Source: Octopus vulgaris (lineage: Eukaryota). Taken from it: a stretch of 64,000 nucleotides of DNA. Below the pieces are notes generated by a model. That model did not search any database. It was given only the letters and a program-made list of their open reading frames with translations, and was not told the origin of the DNA. The position numbers were made by a program, and so were the translations under genes. Below, piece by piece: positions 52,801 through 64,000 of the stretch. The stretch is taken from the NCBI GenBank assembly GCA_951406725.2, contig OX597832.1, positions 63,116,001 through 63,180,000 of the forward strand. The letters are read 5' to 3'. The stretch's first letter is position 1. Each line of letters opens with the position of its first letter.

Positions 52801-53926
52801 TCAATATCTATAAAGCTGAAATGCGAAAAAGTTGTTTGATTTCTTGGTTATTTGTCTCATTTTGGGATGGGAACGGTTTAAGGGGCGATAGATGGGGTCG
52901 GATAGGTGCCAAAATTTACACTGGGGGTAAAATGGGGTGGGCAATGGTGTGAGGAGAGTTGCAAGTCGCTCGAGGCTACCGTTTGGTTTCCATGATGAGG
53001 AATATGGGGGAAATTGCGTTTTATGGGATAGACAGGTTGCGCTGTTTGAAAAATGGTGGCTTTTCGTGTTGCTGCAGGAGCTAGAGGTGGTTATCTTTAA
53101 TCTAATCTATAAAATGAAGAAGACGAACGTTGATACAAATTGGATTTTTATGTAAAAAGGCGTCTAAATGGGGTTGGAAAGGGATTAAAATTTATAGGAG
53201 GGGGTAACTTGAGGTAAGAAATTGATTGGGAGACGTTTTGGGGCGCTACAATGGTTGCTTTGCTGTAAAAACGGGGATTTTATTAATTTTGGGGGACACT
53301 TGGGGGTCTAGATTGGACACCTTTTGCCCGATTTCAATCAAATTTACAACATAGTGAAGTGGAAGCGGATTTGTAATTTAAGCGTGGAAAATAGGTTCGA
53401 AATTTTGAAAATTAAGGCAAGATTTTTGAAGTTGAAAAATATTTCTCATATTTACGTATTGTTGCCTTTTATTTTTTATTGTTTACAGTTTTCATTTTTT
53501 TCTGAATTAAATTTACAGCTGCATGCAGCCCGTGTTTAGAGCTTTCATTTGCATGGTCAATCGTCGAAAACTTCCTAAAATAAGTACTAAATTTAACAAA
53601 GAAATTCTTTTTTTCCCCTTATTTTTGATCGTTCAAATAGTGGCACATACAAAAGGCAAGTGCGCTTTGCGTTGTCACTGCCTGATATTTATGATTGATC
53701 TTTCAAAATATTTTCTTTATCAAGATCTTTTGTTTTTTATGAATGGGAGAGAGATAGTAAGGGAAAGAGAGGGAGAGTTCGAGAGAAAAGAAGAGTAATA
53801 GAGTAGGAAAGTAAGAAAGGAGAGAGAAACAAAGAGGGAGATTGTGGCGATAAGAAACAGAAAGGAAGCAACAGAAAGTAACAACCACAACCTCACCAGC
53901 ACGTAGAGCGGGTCACCTTAAGCTAG
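52801..53926 (+). mobile_element. Non-autonomous Helitron (same family)
   Basis: A|TCAATATCTATAAAGCTGAAATG ... accagcacgtagagcgggtcaccttaagCTAG|T. A third, 5'-only fragment starts at 52161. Confidence 0.75.
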
Positions 53927-54004
53927 TCATTATTATAAAAAGGCGATGAGCTGGCAGAATCGTTAGCTAGTACTTATTCTAACGGACTCTTTTGCCGATC
54001 CGCT

Positions 54005-54117
54005 ATATATATATAGGACAATCAGTAAATTGTCATAATAGAACTTAGTTTCAAATGCCAGAGCTACGAGCTTCGAGGCATTTTTATAGCCTATTTTGAC
54101 GTGTGTGTGTGTGTGTG

Positions 54118-54153
<36 letters not shown>

Positions 54154-54253
54154 ATAATCAGTAAATTGTCATAATAGAACTTAGTTTCAAATGCCGGAGC
54201 TACGAGCTTCGAGGCACTTTTATAGCCTATTTTGACGTGTGTGTGTGTGTGTG

Positions 54254-54313
<60 letters not shown>

Positions 54314-54396
54314 ATAATCAGTAAATTGTCATAATAGAACTTAGTTTCAAATGCCGGAGCTACGAGCTTCGAGGCACTTTTATAGCCTATTTTGAC

Positions 54397-54442
<46 letters not shown>

Positions 54443-54596
54443 GTCAAAATAGGCTATAAAAGTGCCTCGAAGCTCGCATATATATATATATATAGGACAA
54501 TCAGTAAATTGTCATAATAGAACTTAGTTTCAAATGCCGGAGCTACGAGCTTCGAGGCATTTTTATAGCCTATTTTGACGTGTGTGTGTGTGTATG

Positions 54597-54600
<4 letters not shown>
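54005..54600. repeat. Tandem array of an ~88-bp unit (4 copies plus an inverted fragment) spaced by (TG)n(TA)n
   Basis: Units at ~54013, 54150, 54310 and 54492. Inverted fragment at 54432-54476. Confidence 0.9.
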
Positions 54601-54639
<39 letters not shown>

Positions 54640-57202
54640 GACTGCTTCTTTCGGTTTCCGTCGACCAAATCCTCTTACAAGGCTTTGGTCGGCCCAAGGT
54701 ACTACGCAGTGGAACTGAATCCGGAAGCTTCTTAATGAAAATTAATAAAAATCAGGAGAACGAAGATTTACACATTCAAGTTTTATAACACAGCTAATCA
54801 CATCGTTCTTCGTCAAGACCTACGCGCGTTTTCTCTGTAATCCAGTGCATGCTGTTAAGTGCTCATCTTGGTGTTAGTTATCGTTGCAACGTCATCAGGG
54901 TCTATTGTTACTGTTAGTCGGGTATCATCTGAACGTCAGGTCTTGATGAAGAACGATATGTATAATAAAACTTGGATCTTTATTAATTTTTATTATATTT
55001 CTCTACGGACACTATTCAGTCCTTGTAAGGACATTAAGATTTACCATGTGACAATTGACCGAGTATAGTAAATGTGTGTGTGTACAAATGTGGAACGATA
55101 CCATGTCGAAATACCGTATCGTATCCAGTGATGCACAGGTGTTCTGAGAGAGACGCTGTGACGCTCAGGTCTCTTCGAGAAGTTTCTCTGAGACAAAATA
55201 TTGCAGCGAGTGCCGTTCTACGTTTATAAATGTATGCACACACAAAGGTATTTTAATCAATGGCTGTTTCAAGTGTATATATCAAAAGGTAGGTAAGTAG
55301 ACAGGCAGGTAGGCAGGCAGACAGATAGACAGATAAGCAGATACGAATATAACATTTTAGAGAAATGGAGTGACACTTTGTTGAGGAAACTTGATAATGT
55401 AGTCCTACAATAGATTTACCTGGAATAAAAAGACAGGATGAAATGACTTTGAACTCGGGGCCTGCTCGATGAGGGCTGGCGTGGGTTAGACAGCAATAGC
55501 TACTACTACTACTACTACTACTGCCGCCGCTGCTACTATTGTCGACAACAGCGAATGTATTTTATTTTAGTCTCTTTGTCCTAGAAATAATATCAGCTTT
55601 ATTACACCTTCGTATTATGTTGGTGTTTGAATTGAAAATATGGTACCAATATTTCTGTCTTTATTATATTTGGGTGTGGTGCCTAACAACACCACGTCAT
55701 TGTGCGATTTTATTGCCTTTTTATTATTATTGTTGTTGTTGTTTTTGATTCATTCGTTCCTCCTACGAACTGCAATATAAAGACCTTAGATGTCGTTGTT
55801 GTAATATTTCTGTTTCAAATAAGAAGGTAACGATGGTCTCATATTTCAGACATACCGAAAACATTTTTAAATAATGCGTCACTTATCTCCGAATACTGAC
55901 ATCTTGATCCAGCCTTACACCTCCACAAATGCAATGTGCGTACAGGTGTGTGTTAGAAAGAGAGAGGGGTTCGGTTGTGTACTATGTTGTTGATGTTTTA
56001 TCTTCGGGTCAGCCCTGATCGAATAAATTCCAACTTGTAGCCGTTCTGTTCCATCTCTTTTTTTTCCGGACATTCTGTTCCCTGGACTTCATTTCTAATG
56101 TTACCTTTTACTTAAAGATGGTACCTCGTAATTTCAGAGATATTTCGCTGTAATTTCTAACAATCCAAGCGACCGTATAGTGGCTGAGTTTCATCAACCA
56201 TTGGGTCTTGTAATTAAAATCAAATTTTATCAGCAGATATCTTCTTCTTTCAAGCCACATCCACAACTTGGTCAATAATGAGCTTCATTGATTAACCATC
56301 AACACACTTACCAACCGTCCAGATTCGCTGCCCATTATTCCTGAGAAGTAAAGTGATGGGAGTAAAGACCTAAGGCATCTCCCCCATCCCATATCAAAAG
56401 CAACCATCATTACACTTTTTGATTGGATTCCCAAATGAAGATTAAGACTCTCATCCAACCATCTCGTTCTTGGTTTGCTCTCCAGCCTGTTAGCTTGGCT
56501 TGAAGAATTTATCTTGAAATCCTTTCTTGAAAAGGGTTCGAAAAGTAACCATACTGAATCGTTTGTCGCGTTGCCTAACAAGAGACACGTTCGGATCTTA
56601 GATACAGGGATCCGTTCGAAAATAATGTTGCAGTCTCCGCCCAAAGCTAGTACAACCAGCAATAAACCTGCTACTTGTTATTTTGAGGCATTGGAGTGGA
56701 AACACGAATGTTGCCTATATCATGATCAAAATAATTTATCAGACGATATTTTTATCAAAGCAGTCGTTGTTGAGGAGGTGAACTGAGCAGCAGACACAAA
56801 TCAATTTGATTCCACTGCTTGCCACAGTAAAGAGTTGTTACTGCATTTGATAGGGTTTTGTATAAAGTAGAAAAAAGAGCGTCCATAACATTTGTAGGTC
56901 AAGCAGACGAAATTGAATTGCTGTTTTACTTGTTTGGCTCTAGGTTAACCCTGACTGCGCATATTTACGTATCTGCATGTCTATATTTATATATATGTAC
57001 ATATGCGAGTATGCATATGTGTCTATGATGTATATAGCCGCCATCATTGACTGCTAGTTTTTTTTTTTTTATTCGCTCTCTGTTTATTTCCTCGTGTTCC
57101 TTCCTGTTGAAGAGCTAATCTCGAAACATAAAAGACTTCTCACCTTCCCGAGCGTCAAACTATGTACACCTGTCTTCGTCTTTTGTTTTCTGTAAATTTC
57201 AG

Positions 57203-57237
<35 letters not shown>

Positions 57238-57838
57238 CACACACACACACACACACAAGCATACATACGTAGATATATACATATAGGCATACACCTCCTT
57301 AATCTACGTAAATTTCTGTGTGTGAATGGGTGTGAACGCACACACACACACACACACATACATACATGAATACATGTGTGAGTGTAGACATTCTTGGACG
57401 GTAAATGGGCGTGGTCACCGTTCACGCAGCTCTTCTTTCAGTAGTTCGTAATCCTTGACAAAGCAACAGGTCCTGGGTCGAATAACGACTGAGACCGTGT
57501 AGTCGGTATCAGGAATGTCGTCAGGCGCTTATCGCCCTCTAGTGGGATTAGTAGGAGGTTGTCGAACTGACAGAATTGTTATCATGCCGGACAAAATGAT
57601 TAGCGACGTTACGTTCTGGTTTCAAATTCTACCGAGGTCGACGAAATCAAGAAACCCCCAACCTCAACCTCCAAATTTAGGGCTTTGTGCCTTTAGAAAA
57701 GATTAATTGCACCGAGGTCAACTTAGCGTTTGATCGTTTCAGGGTCGATGAAATAAGTACCAGTTGTGTACTGGGGTTGATGAAATCGATTCGCCCCCTT
57801 CCCCAAAAATTTCAGTACTTGTGCCTCCAGTAGAAAGG

Positions 57839-57869
<31 letters not shown>

Positions 57870-57946
57870 GTAAATCTACGTAGTGGACATACAAACTGAG
57901 CAAATTTGATCATTTCTCCGTAGATTGAAAAAAAATAGACTGCCTC

Positions 57947-58162
57947 TTTTACGCTTTTACTTGTTTCAGGCATTTGACCGCGGCCATTCCGGAGCACTGC
58001 TTTTACTCGAACAAACCGACCACAGGACTTATTCATTGAAAGCCAAGCACTTATTCTATCGGTCGCTTCTTGCCGAACCGCTAAGTTACGGGGGCATAGA
58101 TACACCAACAACGGTTGTCAAGCGATGGGGGTGGAGACATACACACACACACACACACACAT

Positions 58163-58201
<39 letters not shown>

Positions 58202-58343
58202 CGACGGGCTTCTTTTAGTTTCCGTCTACCAAATCCACTCACAAGGTTTTGGTCGGCTCGAAGCTATAGCAAGGTGCCACGTAGTGGTACTGAACCCAGA
58301 TCCATGTGGTTGGTAAGCAAGCTTCTTACCACACAGTCACTCC
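57947..58343 (-). mobile_element. SINE family A
   Basis: Reverse-complement homology. Confidence 0.8.
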
Positions 58344-59024
58344 ACATATTTTAATCGATTTTCATACCTTCTTGAATTATCATCAGTAGTGTCTATCGGG
58401 GCGGCCATTCTGTTTATATATTCACCAAACCCTGATGCTACAGAAAACTGGGGCTATTAATTTGCCTGGCATAAATGTTTAACACTTTATTTTTAAATAT
58501 CAGGAGCCTGTCAGTGGGGGTCTCAGTCCTCACAGTATCAAGCTATGATAAAATATATATAAACCTACTTGGTATATATAGGAACAGGGCAAATTTAACT
58601 AGTTCTCCGTAGTCTGGTAACATGAGAAATTGCCTTAATTGGATTTTTCAACCTTATTGGGTTTTCATCAGAGATGATATTATCGTTAGCGCACCGGACA
58701 GAATTCTTAGCAGCATTTCGTCCGTCTTTACGTTTCGAATTCAAATTCCGCCGAATTCGACTTGGCCTTTTATTATTTCGGGGTCGAGAAAATAAGTACC
58801 AGTTGCGTACTGGGATCGAGCTAATCGACTAGTCCTCTTCCCTAAATTTCAGGCCTTGTACCAATACTTTTGCGGTGTTCCTTTATGTCGTAGAAACGTG
58901 AAACTCTGAGTAAGTTTTTGTGATATTTTTACTGCTTTTTAATAAAACATATTACTCTACCTCTGGTATTCCAGTACTATTTTCTCCACCTTATTTCGTA
59001 TTTACGTGCTTACTCTGGTGTATG

Positions 59025-59058
<34 letters not shown>

Positions 59059-60042
59059 TATATATGTGTGTGTGTGTGTGTGTGTTTAAAATGACTGATA
59101 ACGAATGCCCTAGGAAACTAGAAGAGACAAGTTCTAGTCACGTGTGTAAACAATATATATATATACTTATAAACAAATACATGTACATAGTAATGCATAC
59201 ACATATAACCATACTGCACGTATACACACACGCACGCGCGCGCATTGCGGGAGACAGCTGCAACTGTTGGCTTTACAAATTTGGTTTGCACAAATTCTCA
59301 CAAACTAATACACAATACCTAATTACATTTCAAATTAGGCATTAAATCAAAGTACTGTTAACTACCAAGTGAAGGATGTTTAATTAGACGCTGTGTGGAC
59401 AGCTTTCTGTCTGGCTGCCTTCGTGACCGGGTTTCGATTCTCGTTTGGATACTGTTGTCATTTATTTTACTTAATTATCTTTTACTTGTTTCGGTCATTG
59501 GACTGTGACCGCCTTGACGGATTTGGTCGAACAAATCGACCCCAGGACTTATTCTTTGTAAGCCTAGTACTTATTCTAACGGTCTCTTTTGCCGAAACGC
59601 TAAGTTATGGGGATGTAAACAAACCAGCATATATATAAAATCTGAAATTTTTGCAATAATGAAGTCAAACCAAACAATAATATTTTGAAGTCGTTTCCTA
59701 CGTACGTTTCAGATCTGCGTAATACGTAATAAGGAATGTATCCGTTACCTAAGACTTTCTTCACTTGTGCACCGCTTCTTAGCGTAACACGAAATATATG
59801 TACGGAGCAACTAATTCAGGAGAAAATATTTGCGAAGATATTACTGACTCTGTTATTATCTAGTGTAATAATTAAAAATGATTACAACAGAATTAATAAT
59901 AGAGGCGATTGCTCGCAGGCGGTTGATTTCTGTAGTTATTATCAGTGCTTTTACGGCGATTTAAATAAGTTTTGGCTGTTATTTCCAGCAGGTAGACATA
60001 CTTAATATGCCCTTGGATTAATTTTAATCCTTCAGCTATACA

Positions 60043-60104
<62 letters not shown>

Positions 60105-60107
<3 letters not shown>

Positions 60108-60306
60108 TTTTCTTTCGCTTGTTTCAATCATTTGACTGCGACCATGCTGGAGCACAACTTTAAAGGGTGTTAGTCGAAGAAATCGACCCCTGGACTTATT
60201 CTATGTAAGCCTGGTACTCATTCTATCGGTTTCTTTTGCCGGACCGCTAAGTTACGGGGACATAAACACACCAGCATCGATTGCCAAGCAATGGCGGAGG
60301 GGACAG

Positions 60307-60364
<58 letters not shown>

Positions 60365-60500
60365 GACAGGCTTCTTTCAGTTTCTGTCTACCATATCCAC
60401 TCAGAAGGCCTGAGGAGGCTATAGTAGAATTTTTTTCTAAAGAGCCACACAGTGGGACTAAACATGGGACCATGTGGTTGGTAAGCAAGCTATTTACCAC
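60105..60500 (-). mobile_element. SINE family A
   Basis: Reverse-complement homology. Confidence 0.75.
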
Positions 60501-62195
60501 CTGTAACCTATACATAAATTGTAACCACCACTGATTACCAAAATAGCCCTTTGTTTGTCCAAAACATTTTCATCGGTTGATCTTGAATGTCGATGCTTGT
60601 TTTCAAACTTAAGCCCTTCTTAACCTTTTGTTTCATACTTTCTGATTAATATAAAGCTTTCGTTTCCTGTGTCCCAAGTAACCCTGGTGGTTCAGAAAAA
60701 TTAGGGATATGAATCATATACGACTCATGGGCGCCCAGGAAATAGGTCCCGTGTACAATGTGTGATATACGCGGGACCTATTTCTTTTACCACATGTAAT
60801 ACATAGGACAGGTAAAGTTAAGGAATGCCTTGAAATGGGGCCTAAACTTCCATCTGGTCTAATCTTAATTCTAACTTCTCACTGGCCTGTTAATCGTAGT
60901 AAAACTTACCCCATCGTCACGCCGCTCCATTACTAGTTACATACCAGTTGTATATTTAGGGCCGATCTAATCAATTACATTATGACCATCCTGTATAATT
61001 TTTGACTAAGTAACTATGTTAAACATGGATGTTCAGGTATTCTTTCTACAAAAGGCACAAAGTCTGAAATTTTATCGGAGAGGGATTGCCAATTACATCG
61101 ACCCCATTGCTCAACTGGTACATAGTTTAATGACCCCCGAAAGCGTGAAAGGCAAAATCGACTTGGGCGGAATTTGAACTCAGAACGTCAAGAGCCTAAA
61201 TAAATGCCGGTAAATATTTTGTATTTTTTGTCTCGTTTGCTGACGATTCTGTTTACTCACCGCATTTGATCGTCGTCTAACATTACAATCTGTAATCGAA
61301 ACCGGATCGCAGTATCGGATCGTAGGAGTGCCTAATACCCTCAACTCTGTGATATTAGTTTCTTGAACATTGTGGGGTTTGTAGATGACAACATGGGCAC
61401 AGTTACGGAAGGGACTGTGTAGGGATGGTGAGATGGTCTCAAAGTCTCTGAATTGCAGAGGTGGATGAAATATGTTAGTGGGACATTCAAAACCTTTCTT
61501 TAGTAGGGCGTGAGAGAAGTCAACAGAAATCATCCTCTCTCTCTCTCTGTCTCTCTCCCCTCCATATATATGTGTGGGTGTGTGTGTGTTTAAAGAAAAA
61601 CAGGTCGCAGCTTTAACTGGCAAGAGTTTACTTCTAATTCTATGGTGTTCGTCAAATGTCTTACATATAAAACGACCAGAAAGAGAAAGAGAGAAAGGAA
61701 TGAAAGAATGGGAGGAAGAGAAAGAGGGAGATTTTTTTGTTTGCGATTTTATGAGGATTGGTTTGTAAACTCACCGGACAACTACTCTGAGATTTTTTTT
61801 TCAATTATTTTCTTTTTTTCTAAAAAGATTTGACTATTTTACACCCCCAAAATGAATGAATTATTGAACAATTTGATATATATATATATATAATGGCGGT
61901 GCCCCAGCATGGCCACAGCTCGTGAGCTGAAACTAGATAAAATAAAATTTAAAAAATAAAAAGAAAATCGTTGCTATTATATTAAACTATAGTATGTCCA
62001 AATTTGGCCAAATGCGTTTTTTTTTTTCAATATTTATTTTTGCTTGCAATAGTCGGTTGTTTTTGTCAAACTATCGTATCTCCTGCTGCTTTCCCAAAGT
62101 GCCGTGTTATGTCACCAAACATGGGATCATATACGCACACATACACACACACGTGTTTGTGTGTGTGTGTGTGAATAGATATTAGAGAATTTCTC

Positions 62196-62590
62196 GAGTG
62201 GCTGTGTGGTACGAAGCTTGCTTCCCAAACACATGGTTCCGGGTTCAGTCCCACTTCGTGGCACCTTGGGCAAGTATCTTCTGCTATAGCCTCAGGTCGT
62301 CCAAAGCCTTGTGGGTGGATTTGGTAGATGGAAACTGATAAAAGCCCTCGTATATGTGTGTGTGTGCGCGCGCGCGTCCGTGTGTGTGTGTATGTCTGTG
62401 TTTTTCCCCCCATCATCGCTTGACAACCGATGTTGGTGTGTTCACGTCCCTGCAACTCAGCGGTTCGGCAAAAAGAGACCGATAGAATAAGTACTAGGCT
62501 TACAAAGAATGAGTCCTGGGGTCGATTTGTTCGACTAAATGCGGTGCTCCAGCATGGCCGCAGTCAAATGACTGAAGCAAATAAAAGAAT
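62196..62590 (+). mobile_element. SINE family A
   Basis: Colinear with 5136-5545. Confidence 0.85.
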
Positions 62591-62992
62591 ATCTCACGGG
62601 ATCGACCAGACTATCGGCCATTGTCATACCCCGCTGGTTACAATACGCTTCGCATTGTATTAGCTTTCGAATGATGCCACACCCCCACGCTTGACGGCCG
62701 GGCTTACATTTCCTCTTGAAGTGATCGCCAGGGTTGTTCCCACTTATTGTTGAGTGGACGGTATCCTAACCACTATGCCACGGCGCCTTCACACACACAC
62801 TCTCACACACTCGCTCACTCACTCAATCACACACTCACTCACTCACTCAATCACACACTCACTCACTCACTCAATCACACACTCACTCACTCTTTTCTAT
62901 CTCTTTTACACACACATATACGCTCGCTCTCTCTCCATCTCTCTCTCTCTTACACACATGCACACACAGTCTCTCTCTCTCTCTTTCTCTCT

Positions 62993-63061
<69 letters not shown>

Positions 63062-64000
63062 ACACACACACACACACCTCACTGACTCACAAGTCTCTTC
63101 CGCAAATTTTTCCCAGACCAAATCAGTTGTGACCACAACTATAGCGTAGAAACCTCTTGTATGAAAAGACCGTTTTTGTTTTTTGTTTTTTTGTCCTGAA
63201 TCATTAAAAATGTTCTGTCTTTCACAAACCGCAATCATCACCATAGTTACTCCATCCGTCTTCAACCATCCATTCAACCAGCCAACCACTTATGCTTTTC
63301 ATTCATTCATATAAAAACAGGTCTATGAACTACTAATGGTTTACATTCAGAGCGTCCTTTGGCCCTGAAAGTCGATCTTTAATATTTGATATGTTAATGT
63401 TAACATATTTAATAAATAGACCATTAAAAGACAGCAAGAAATAATAAATTATTCGGTGAGTTTAATGAGAGATCGAACGGAAATCGATCAAATTGCAAAA
63501 TTCGTGTGATTTTGACATTTCTTAAATCGGTGCAAAGGTACATATTTCAGATCAGAAAGAGAAAAGTTGTGTACATATGAAGTTCTGAATGGACCTCCAT
63601 GGTATGAGTGTTATTCGTTGGTATTCATTTCATTGACCCCAGGAAAGCTACCCTAAGAAAGAAGGGAAACAAGATTTGGAACTTAGCGTGAAGAAGTAGG
63701 AAAGTGAATACCACTAAGCATTTAGTCTGGCGCTCAACCGATTCACACATTTATGAGAGAGAGAGGGGGGAGAGAGATGTACATACGTATGCACGCGCAA
63801 GAGCGCTCAATATTGCTTGTAGAGAATACAGCGATTTGTTTTTATTAAACTGACTCGAGTTTCATGCCACAGCGATCTTCAGGTGATGAGGAGCATTTAC
63901 AAAGCTACATCTCTTTCAAATAAATCAGTGCCTTCTTTGAACAAGGACACCTTGGATATTACTAAGACTGCAGCGTTAGATTTGAAAATAAAAGATGGGA

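Noticed and set aside
54005-54600. CRISPR-like repeat-spacer array (also 10745-11340 and 31160-31412)
   Set aside because: The spacers are only variable-length dinucleotide tracts, the context is eukaryotic, and there are no cas genes.
56190-56790. Possible transposase relic (VAFDMGW resembles a Mutator-like motif)
   Set aside because: Alternative frames look equally protein-like and contain many stops. It cannot be assigned without a search.

Overview
This is repeat-saturated, AT-rich animal genomic DNA. The SINE families and microsatellite load suggest an octopus or other coleoid cephalopod (inference). Only one host coding exon is recognisable: the first coding exon of a filamin-family gene (CH1 actin-binding domain, Jitterbug-like) at 30501-30840 (+). 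No second exon was found, so 30841-64000 is probably part of one very large intron. The main element is a young, nearly intact Penelope-like retroelement (PLE, Neptune-type) at about 20257-25929 (-). It has a coiled-coil ORF1 that overlaps the RT/GIY-YIG frame only across a U_UUU_UUA slippery heptamer, direct and inverted pseudo-LTRs, and three minimal hammerhead ribozymes with a compensatory U3-A8 core. Several smaller PLE relics carry canonical, variant-core or decayed hammerheads, and they cluster at 15-26 kb. The rest consists of decayed CRE-, RTE- and CR1/L2-type retrotransposons, mariner/Tc1 and hAT MITEs, non-autonomous Helitrons, tRNA-derived SINEs, and micro- and minisatellites. Nearly all other ORFs in the track are repeat translation artefacts.
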